Shown here: positions 53,925 to 64,000 of the stretch, one piece after another | How the letters are laid out: the number at the start of each line of letters is the position of its first letter | Position numbering within the stretch: position 1 is the stretch's first letter | NCBI RefSeq assembly: GCF_036321535.1 | Contig: NC_087437.1 | Span: 3,534,001-3,598,000 of the forward strand | From: Camelus dromedarius | Lineage: Eukaryota | Direction: 5' to 3' | DNA length: 64,000 nt | The notes under the pieces: model-generated | What the model was told of the DNA's origin: nothing | Seen by the model: only the letters and a program-made list of their open reading frames with translations | Database searches by the model: none | Position numbers and translations under genes: made by a program

Positions 53925-56900
53925 CTCAAGAGTCAAAAATTACAGGTGAACACCAGCGCACACAAATTGCCTCCTATGGCAACTTGCTATTCTCCTGTTT
54001 GCTCAACTGATTTTATCTGGGCAAGAAAGGCATGCTGCTTGTGACAAAAAGCATTAGTGTTCTCACAGGACTTCCCCCTAGGTTTAGTCACTCACTCAGC
54101 AAATATTTACCAGTGATCAACTCAGAGCCAGTCACTGTGTCAGCAGGTGAGAAGGAAAAGATGAAACAGAACCCAGGACCATGTCCTCAGCGAGATAGAC
54201 CCCACCCAGCACTTCTCACACTTTCACGTGCAGACAGATAACTGGGCTTTTGCATCTTCTGACCCAGGAGCCTGGGCTGGGGTCCGAGAGCCTGCATTTC
54301 TAACAAGTCCTCAGGTGTAGTGACGCCGGCCCTCGGACCATGCTTTGAGTGGTGAGGGGCCGGCTCCCTGGCTCTCAGCTGCGGGGCCGCGAGCACCTCT
54401 CGAGGATGCCATCAAATGTGAATCCATGAATTCTGTCAACGTAATGGGAAACATACACTCTTACCGGGGTGCCTACTGGGTTGGGGATCAAAGAATGCAG
54501 AAGTATGACTCATGGAGTAAAAAGTGAGAGGTGAGGTGTGGAATGACGTCAGGACGGCTCCCAAGAGCGAGGGCGTCCCCAGGAGCAGGTGGGAACGTGG
54601 CCGTGAACACGCTCGCATGAGCAGGGCACTGAGCCCTCCCCACCAGCGACACACAGCTAACGGGGCCGGAACATTTAGAATTTTTCCCAAGCCTGCTTTT
54701 TCTTGACTAGTGGTCACTTTCTGGCCCTCTCGAGTGACTGTCCCACTGAAATTTCTCCTCCAGGGGACCATAAACGCACAAAGGTTAGTCCTGTTCAAAT
54801 GTGTAACCTCACAAATAAGAGGAGGCCGCGGATTCCTGATCAGCTGCTCACGCAAACTATCAGGTGCCTTAAAATGGGGTTGTGGGGGGCGGAGGACAGA
54901 GGGGGGAGGGGATTAATTTAACTGTAAGCTTTTTGAAGCCAGGAAAACAGGTCACGTAGAGTCAAGCTGGGGAGAGGAGTTGGGGTTGTTCATTTGTCCT
55001 AGATTCAAAAGAGAAAATGAATCTGAGACATCAAAAGAGTACACCCCCTTTGAGCCCCACAACCGCACACGTCCAGCGCAAAACGCAGTGGAAGATCGTG
55101 GCACCTTCAACGCATCTTCAACTCTGTACTTGCCTGCTAATCTTTACCTGTAAGAAGAGACGCCCATTAACAATTTAAAGGAGCCATGGCCACAAAAAGA
55201 GACCAAACAAGTCAGGGGTTCACAGGAAAGGATGGTCAAGGTGAGCTGTGAAGCCGGGTGTGCAGTCACACCACACACTCGTGATTTGTGTGACGTGTGT
55301 TCTGACACATGGATGCCAGTGCACAGAACAGCAAGGTGAATCCAGGAAGACCCCCTCCTGCAACCTCAGAGGCAGGTCCAGCTGGGGAGCTGTAAATGCT
55401 GGCCGTGCCTCAAACACTTCTTGGCAGGCATGCACGGAAAAATGGACTTTTCTAGAATAAGTCAAATTCATATCACTGCTCACACATGGACATACTATTA
55501 CAAAACATGACAATCATCTTGGACATTTTTGCAGGTTTCCTATTTTTCTATTTTGAATTTTTTTAGAAGCAAGAGAAGAAGAGCTGGCAGAAAATGCTGT
55601 TAGTCCTGAGTGACAAAAGGAATTACATACTGCTGCCGTCTTTCCTGGCCAGAAAGGTTTTGTTGATTTTTTTTTTTCTGGAGACATGTTATTTCACTTG
55701 AAGAAATGAGTCTGACAAGTGATATGGGAGCTGGCTGACACTGAGCAGGCTCTCAGTGCCACGAAACAGAACAGAAAGCCCTTTACAAAGATCAGGGAGG
55801 ACAAATTTAAATGCCTATTACAAATGCCTAGATTAAGGTCTGGCCTAAGACCAAAGCAAAATATTTCAGTCACTTCAACCAAAATACTAGCATATGAGTC
55901 AAAGATGCTCATGGACTGGACTGGACGCTGCCAACCTGGCTGTGTTAATTTTCTCCAGCAGGTCAGCCTGCTTTGGGCATCGTAAGGATGATCTCCAGGT
56001 GAGGGGTGCAGGAGCCCTGAGTGTGACTGTGAAACTGCACGCGTGGAAAACAATTTCATCGACTAAGGGAAAACCATGCATGGTGTGTCCCAAACGCCAT
56101 CTGAGGCACACATTATATGAGGTCTCAATCTATTACATTTTGTGTTCTGTCCTACCTTAAAGCCATGACTGATGCTTATTTGATTTTCTGCTTAATTGAT
56201 TCGTTCCAAAGTTTAGCCATGATAGGCCAGGCGCAGCCACTTCAGGATGCTCTCCGCCCCCAGTAGAGCCCTCGGTTCATAAGCACTGTGTGATTTATAT
56301 TAGCCACGGTGGGGGGACCATGGGACCACAGACATCTTTCCCAAGTGAGAGGCCCACGTCACTGATTTTCTTTATGACGAGAGCTGAGGTTCTGGAGACT
56401 GGTTTTCCTCATTTCTAGGATGCCTGCTTAGGACACAGCGGTGCAGTGGCTGCCGTGGCAGGGGTGACCCTGCCTCCACTTCTGCTTTGCAACTTGGATA
56501 CAATCTTTTAAATTTCCATTAGAGGCGCCCATCAGCTCAGCATGCAGGAGCTCTCTGATTCATTAAGTGTGCCTCAGGGTGGGGTCCGTGTGTCTTCAGT
56601 TAGTCCTAGCTTCGTCCTACTTATCCTCCAGAGCTCAGCACGTGAGGGAGTGCCTGCAGGGGCCTGTATTCCTGGGAGTCAATGAGACAGTCAGGTGGAA
56701 ACACAAGTGCAACTCAGTGGAGCGTGTGACATCATGGAACAAAACCGCCATCAGTGTATATGTATCACTCACGTCTCCAAGACGGCTACAGCCCTGGAGT
56801 GACGGGACATCTGGGACCAGGGGGATGGCCGCCAGCACGGGGCCCTCCCTTCTGAGAGCTGCTAAGCCAGGTGGCTCCACCAGTGTCTCTGTCCTGGGGG

Positions 56901-57383
56901 TTCTGCAGGCTGGGCTGTCAGGTTTTGTCCTGTTAGGCTCCAGCTTCTTTAGTGGCTCCAAGGTCACCTTAGACCTGCCGGCCTGGGTCCCCAACCACGC
57001 CGCCGTCAGCCCTCCAACCAAGGGCTGAGAGGGGAGCTAAGGGATCCCAGCCCCCAGCCTCCGCTCCTCCCGAGAGAAGACCCCCACACTCTGTCAGCAC
57101 TCCCTGCGGAGGACAACAGTGACATTAGAAGAAAACCCAGGGTTGTCTTCTGGACTAAGGACTTTGTAACCAAAGTGGTGCCCAGACATCGTCCCAGCTG
57201 CTGTTTGTGTCCACAGTGCCACACGAGTCTCTCCCAGACACTCAGCAGCTAAAATGCAGACTAACAGGTATTACTCCTGTTTTCTTCTTTTCTGGGTATT
57301 TTATCATTTTTAAAATTTATTGACTTTATTGAGGTGTAATTTATAGACAATAAAATGCGCTCATTTAAAGTACAGAGTTCAAA

Positions 57384-57477
57384 GGGGGAGGGTGTAGCTC
57401 AGTGGTAGAGCGTATGCTTAGCATGTACGAGGTCCTGGGTTCAATCACCAGTGCCTCCATTAAAAATTAAAAAAAAA
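57384..57477 (+). mobile_element. tRNA-Ala-derived SINE (vic-1-like) inserted in an old L1M 3' end (about 57310-57960)
   Basis: ggggagggtgtagctcagtggtagagcgtatgcttagcatgtacgaggtcctgggttcaatcaccagtgcctcca plus A-tail; A and B boxes visible. Confidence 0.85.
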
Positions 57478-60400
57478 TAGAGTTTAGTAAGTTATGACAA
57501 GTATATACATCTGGGTAACCGTCACCACTGTCAAGATAGCGAACTCCATCACCACAGGAGGTAGGTTCCTTGTGCATGTCTGGGGTCCGTTCCCACACCA
57601 CGACACCAGGCAGCCACTGGCCTCACGCCTGTCACCAGAGACAAGCGCTCCTGGTCAGAGGACTCATAGACACAGAACCACTCACTAGCAGTGCTTCTGT
57701 GTGTGGCTCCTTCCGCTCCGCCCAGAGCTCTGATGGCCACCTGCAGCGTGTGGCACAAAGTTTGCTCCTTTCCATTGCTGAGTAGTGTTGCCTGGGACGG
57801 AGAAGCTACAGGTTTATTTGCCCACTGGCCTGTGGAATGACACTTGACTTGTCTCTAATTTTTGATACTATAAATACATTTGTGTTCAGATGTTCTGTAG
57901 ACGTGCTTTCACTTCCCCAGTAACTGTCTAAAAGTGGGACTGCAGTGAGTAAACATTTTCTCTCTTAAAATTAAAACAATAAAAATATATCATTGTCTGA
58001 CAGAGTTCAAATCACCTCGTTTCCACTTCGACATTTTAAGGGAAGAGAAGGCATCGCTGGCGCACGGCCGTAAAGGGCACGTGGACTTCCCAGAGGCAAG
58101 CCAAGTACGACTCCCTCGAGGTCAAAGCTTTCTCTGAGCACAGGGAAGAGGCTCAGGATGTGCTCGAGGAGCGGCTCAACAGGAGGTAGGTTAGGAGGGG
58201 ACAGCTGGCCAGGGAGTGGGCGGGCAGCCAAGGCCTACACCACTGCAGCCTCTGTGTCATGAGGCCTATGCTCTAGGTGGGTCTGGGGGCCCTGAGTCTC
58301 AGGCTCTCCCAGCTTTGCAAGAAATGCAATTCTGAAGCTCAGCTGTGAATTCCTGAAAACAAGGCTAGAGTGTGACTAAGTTCCTGGCAAAAATTCCTGT
58401 GCAAGAAAGCAGCAGCATTTCACATAAGGAGTTAAAAGAGGATAATTCATTCAACGTTCCAGTTGTGCATTCTCATTTGATTATAATAGTTATCCACAAC
58501 TTTGGCTAGATTAAATCAGCTGCAATCAACTGAATGCATATCAGATGTAAATAATGCCGCCCCTGTCTTCCTTCTCCACAGCTAATGCCTCAACCCCAGA
58601 GAGAAAGTCCCGATTCAACATCAAAGGCTGATGAAACATCTGGTGTAGGAGCTTAAAAAGAATGTGTAATTTTATTTTACATATACAAGTCAGATAAAAA
58701 GATAAATAAAAACTTCCTTTGGGTGCTGAAAGTCTGGAGTCAAATCTTCTTCAAAAGCAAAGAGAATAGGGTAAATAATCACTTCAGGGCTCACCAACAA
58801 ATTAGTCTCATGTCTCAGAATTTCAAGCTCTGTGATCACTAATCATTTAGTTGCTCACCATTCCAGTCCATCACCAACCCAAAGGTGACATTTTCACACT
58901 TCTAAGTCTCCCTTTTCAACTTAATATTTAAGAAATTGTAAAGTATGAACTACAGAGAGGAAAAAGTAAGGAAAATGCTTAAAGTATCCTGCAGGGCATT
59001 TGGCCCAGCTCAAACTACCACGTGTTTTTTGGATCTCACAGCTCACCATGGGCTCTAAGTAGAGTCTCCTTACTGCACGAGGCGGTGGAAGGAGCGGACC
59101 CGCCGTTTCCCGTCTGGCTGGTGACTCACCACACGGGCTGCCACACTAACCTCCCGACGGAAGACAGACAGAGAGGTGAGGAGGACGCCAGCCCGAGTGT
59201 CCTGGCAGCCCTGTGGTCAGAGCCAGCTTAGAGTAATTTGTGCTAGAAAGCAGGAACTTGGGAGCCCTTGAGCAAATTACTTACTGTCTTTGGTTTCTCG
59301 ATTGTGAAGGGAGTAATAAGCACCTTTCCTATTTGAAATCTGGAGGCTGGGCCCAGCCTGATCCAAGGCCACCCACTCCACATCCCGTCTGGGGCCTCCT
59401 CTGCCAGCAGGGCACACGCCGTCCACATCAGGGGCTACTCAATGGCCTCTCAATTTTACAGTCTTGGAAAGAAAGGCCCATGGGACATTTCTATGCTTCC
59501 AAATTTTATCCTTGGAAAATAGCAATGTACTAAAGAATTACCTGAAAAGAATCTAGATGCAAATCCATCTGGCACCCATAACCATGTTACCAGGTGGCCT
59601 CCATGGCATCATTTTCAACACTGGCAAACGCCAATCTGAAGAGCTTCGGGTGCTGGCCCCTTATGGCTGGAGGAGGTGACTCCAGCGCTCACAGCTCTAG
59701 AGGGGGTGGGGGGGTCACCAATGCAGACTCGGGCTGAGAGGACCAGCCAATCCAAGTTTCACTAACTCCATTCTTTGAAAAGAGAGCTCACCTACTGCTA
59801 AGGAGAGCAGTCACACTCCTGTGCAGCCACGAGGAGGCACCTCCAAGACCGCCAACCACAAGGAGCATAACTAGCCGAGGGCCCCTGCGGCTGGGTCCTA
59901 AGACCTGAGCCTGCATCCTGCCGGAGGCCACCAAGTCCCCCCAGGCCACTGCTCAAGTGCGTCAGGGACACTAAGGCCTCTGAGGGCAGGCTCTCCCGAG
60001 GGACTTCCTGGTGTCTTTGCTGCCTCCTTTCTGCCTCGCAGGCTAGTACACGTCGCGGAACAAGACGCGGAACGAGACTCCATTGGTGGTCTGATGGTCC
60101 TCTCAGCCTCTCCCAGCCCCTTTCCTAATTCCTTTCACACAGACACTTCCCCGAATAACATCCTTGCACTTTTAGTCCCATCTTGGCATCTGCTTCTCAG
60201 AGGTCCAGACAATATGTCATCCATTCACTTACTCACCCACTCATTCATTCACTCAAGAAATATTGATTGAGGGCCTGTGATGCTCCTGGCACTTTGTCTA
60301 AGGCCCTGGGGAGATGGGGGGAAAGACTGTGAGGCCTCCGTTCACAACCGTCCCCCTCAGGGCCATGAACTGCTCCACTCTCTGGCTCTTACCCTGTGCT

Positions 60401-60963
60401 GGGTGCGGAGCTGAGAGGTGCCACGGGTCTGACCTCATTTACTCCATTCTCGTTTCACGGATGAGGAAGCTGGGACCTTGAGAGACTGTTGCCAGGGGCT
60501 TCCCTGATAGGGCCAGCTGTCTTACTCCAAAACTTATGTTTTTAACCATCAGGCCATGACGTATCTCCCCAGTTTGGGTCAGAGCTCTGAGCACTTTTCT
60601 TTCTGGTTTATGAGGGCCAGGGAACCACGTACAGAGGGAAACAGGACTTGAGCACGTTCCCAGTCCCACACTGCTCCAGAGCCACGTTAATGATGACTCA
60701 GAGCCATGTTAATGATGCTGCGTAACTCATGCAGAAGAGGAGGTCCCTCGCCTGGTGCGAGTTTCCAACTCATTTTCCCTGCGACAAAGAAGACAGGAGA
60801 GGACAGACAAACCCCTGGCTTCTCTGCTTTTCACTCTGACCCCAGCCAAGATCCGGGAAACTGATGGAAGACGGTCATAGACATCCAGACCTACTGATGG
60901 GTCAGCCACACCAACCCACGTGTCATCAAGGGCAGCCTTCTGAAAATTGGTGCAAACTCATAC

Positions 60964-61078
60964 CATGATCTCCAAGGTCAGCTATGGTGTCCTCCACACT
61001 TGACTCCCGTGCGCCAAGGTCCGGGGAAGGAACGGGCTGAGATGCAGGCAGGTCCTCTGCAGCTGGGGCATCAAATTC
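60964..61078 (-). CDS. NEK11: NEK11 internal coding exon, 115 nt (approx. human exon 14)
   Basis: Minus strand: ttttccacaag|GAA TTT GAT GCC...CTT GGA GAT CAT G|gtatgag; encodes EFDAPAAEDLPASQPVPSPDLGARESSVEDTIADLGDH, similar to human ...LPESQPIPSMDLHELESIVEDATSDLGYH (recalled). Confidence 0.9.
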
Positions 61079-61852
61079 CTTGTGGAAAATAATTAACAAT
61101 TCATGAGAAGCCGGCAGGAGGAAACAGCATTGCCGCAAATGAAACAAGATGCTTGTTTAGAAGACGATTTGGAAACAAAAGCCTACCTAATCCTCTTCCT
61201 CAAACATGAAAACATTTTCCAATCTCAGCAAGGCAGCTTGGAATAAGAGAAACAGTCTTGAATCAATGGACAGGTGTGACCTTGGGCAAAGCATTTAACC
61301 CCCCATGACCTTAGTTTCAGGGTGAGGCAGGTGGACGCCCCAGGGCACAATCGAAGGAGAGATTCACTTGATTGGCATCTGAGAGCCAGGAGCTCCTTCA
61401 GCCGCCCACCTGGGGCCTCTCACTGACCCGACCCTTGTCCAGGCCTGTTCTCAGCATCTCAAAACTGGACATGCTGGCCTGGAGGACATCCAAGTTTCTT
61501 CTGGCTTTAAAAGTTCCATGAGTCTATGAATTTCAATTTTCTAAAAGAAAGAGCTCTGACAGGTGACATGAAAGGATTTACACTTCAAAAAAGCAAAAGG
61601 TAAACTTCTCAAATGTATCAGTAGGGATTTCAAGTAATCATTGTGTGTGTGTGTGTTTGCAACCCAGAGCTAATGCTGAACTGACCAATTTTACTTGATA
61701 AACGGCTTTCATGGAGAACTACTCCAAGACAGTCTTCTTATCAAAAGCAGAAAGTTCAAATTAATCTTAAATGAATGAGTAAAACAAAGCCGTGCCACAC
61801 TGTGGTGAGTCATTTGTGAAAATACAGTCACAAAATATTTTTAAGAAGCCCA

Positions 61853-62940
61853 TTTTTGTTTCTGTTTTGTAAATAAATTTGTCTTTTTTTTTTCTTTAGA
61901 TTCCACATAAATGTGATATCATATGGTATTTTTCTTTCTCTTTCTGGCTTACTTCACTTAGAATGACAATCTCCAGGTCCATCCATGTCACTGCAAGTGG
62001 CATTATTTTATTTTTTTTTATGGCTGAGTAGTATCCCATTGTATAAATATACCACAGCTTCTTTATCCAGCCATCTGTCAATGGACTTTTAGGTTGTTTC
62101 CATGTCTTGGCTATTGTATATAGTGCTGCTGTGAACATTGGGGTGCATGTATCTTTTCGAATTGGGGTTTTCTCTGGAAACATGCCCAGGAGTGGGATTG
62201 CTGGATCATATTGTAAGTCTATTTTTAGTTTTTTAAGAATCTCCATACTGTTTTCCATAATGGCTGCACCAAACTACCTTCCCACCAGCAGTGTAGGAGG
62301 GTTCCCTTTTCTCCACAGCCCCTTCAGCATTTATTATTTGTAGACTTTTTGATGGTGGCCATTCTGACTGGTGTGAGGTGACACCTCATTGCAGGCGTGA
62401 TTTGTGTTTCTCTGATAAGTAGTGATGTTGAGCTTATTTTCTCGTGCCTGTGGTCCATCTGCATGTCTTCCTCACAGAAGTGTCTATTTAGGTCTTCTGC
62501 CCATTTTTTGATTGGGTTGTTTGTTCTTTTTGATATCAAGCTGTGTGAACTGCTTGTATATTTTGGAAATTAATCCCTTGTTAGTTGCAGCATTTGCAAA
62601 TATCTTCTCCCATTCCATAGGTTGTCTTTTTGTTTTATGTATGGTTTCCTTTGCTGTGCAAAAGCTTTTAAGTTTAATTAGGTCCCATTTGTTTATTTTT
62701 GTTTTTATTTCTATTACAGTAGGAGATGGATCCAAAAAATACAGGGGCAATGCATGTCAAAGAGTGTTTTGCCTATGTTTTCTTCTATGAGTTTTATAGT
62801 GTCTTGTCTTACATTTAGGTGTTTAATCCACTTGAGTTTATTTTTGTATATAGTGTTAGGGAATGTTCTGGTTTCAGTCTTTTACAGGGAGCTGTCCACT
62901 TTCCCCAGCAACACTTATTGAAGAGACTATCTTTTCTTCC
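61853..62940 (-). mobile_element. L1 ORF2 C-terminal and 3' UTR fragment
   Basis: ORFs [19 protein letters not shown]..., YDPAIPLLG...AKTWKQPK. Confidence 0.92.
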
Positions 62941-64000
62941 CAAAATGATTATTTGGAAAAGTCATAGAAGAAAAGTAAAAAAGTTAAGTAAGTTATCAGA
63001 CACTAAAATGTAAGCTCAATCTGGAAACTACATTTTTATTTGCCATGTGGTAACTCCAAGAATACAGTTATTTAGGTTTTATGAAACAAAATGTGACCAG
63101 GCCTGTAATTCTCAATTTCCAACCTCTGGGGGCAAAGTACCTTGGAAACAGGGGACCCTGAGCATTCCTGAAAAAAAGTCCTGGTTTCTATCAGCTGATT
63201 AAATAGGGTACTTTACATACATTAACAAAGGCAGACTTCTTAACACCTTCCAGACTCCCTGTGAGGGTCTGTGGACCTGCAGCTCTCAGTCCTGAGGGGA
63301 AGAAGATCTGCCCCCACAAGTCAGCATTTCAGGGCCAAGAAAGTGCTGGGGAGCTGAAGGAGGGCGCTCTGTGTTTGGAGGGGGCTTGGTGGCATCTAGA
63401 CCCTTCCCGGAAGTGGCCGGGGTTTGACAGACACAGCTGCTGACCCCTCACCCCTGGATCCAGCCATTCCTCCCCTCACCAGGTTCTGTCTGAGAGCAGG
63501 AACCATCCCCCTCCCATGTCTCTGGGCTGGCTTCACTGAGGAGGGTGGGTGGAGATGGGGGGGGGGTGCCTCATCAGCGTCCCCACACCATCTGCTAAAG
63601 GGTCCAATGGAGGAAGACTCATAAGGTCAGAAAGGGCTGGCCCTGGCTGGTCCAGCTTTGTGTTTTCAGAACTCAAAAGGGCTCGCAACCCCTCAGTAAC
63701 TGAGGGGAGGCATAAGACAATGTTTGAGGCTCTGGCCTGTCTGAGAGTGAGCTCTGCTGGGGCTTGCACAGCCCAGGGCGTGGGGCCCTCTGATTACTGG
63801 GCTGCAGCAAAACCAGCCTCCCCTGACCTCAGGGATCACCCCCACAGCCATGGGGGGCTCGGCTCCTCCTGCTAAAGGAAAGAATCTCCCTCAGATGGAG
63901 GGATCTCCAACGAACAAATAACCAGAATTTGAGAGAGTTAAGTCCTCCACAGAAATGACTCCTTCCCAAGCTGCTGTTACCTACCTAGCGAGGAGGCTGG

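Noticed and set aside
57384..57459. Possible tRNA-Ala(AGC) gene
   Set aside because: A-rich tail, insertion inside an L1M fragment and diverged sibling copies in the window indicate a tRNA-derived SINE
63400..64000. Preceding NEK11 exon and the NEK11S-type terminal exon
   Set aside because: No matching peptide found by eye; the upstream exon probably lies beyond 64000 and the short-isoform tail is too short to locate

Overview
Mammalian genomic DNA, most likely camelid given the tRNA-Ala-derived vic-1-type SINEs and the L1 3' UTR types. The whole window lies inside NEK11 (NIMA-related kinase 11) on the minus strand. Three phase-compatible coding exons of the acidic C-terminal region are present (60964-61078, 22270-22430, 7029-7089). 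The rest is intron filled with L1, L2, MIR, MaLR/ERV LTRs and hAT/Tigger relics. There is no prokaryote-type system, no CRISPR array and no credible novel protein-coding gene; the ORF track is mostly noise or L1 remnants. The most notable structures are: (1) two L1 insertions, each apparently carrying a 3' transduction, nested one inside the other within a MIR (17311-20816), the inner one being a half-L1 (ORF1 joined to the ORF2 tail); (2) a 97-bp, ~90% identical inverted repeat not assignable to a known repeat, bracketing 1.18 kb (12862-14232); (3) an apparent orthologue of the human NEK11C alternative exon with a shifted acceptor (53716-53924); (4) a multi-layer L1 nest with a twin-primed inversion; (5) a short interstitial telomeric repeat. 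Repeat family names and boundaries were assigned by eye and are approximate.
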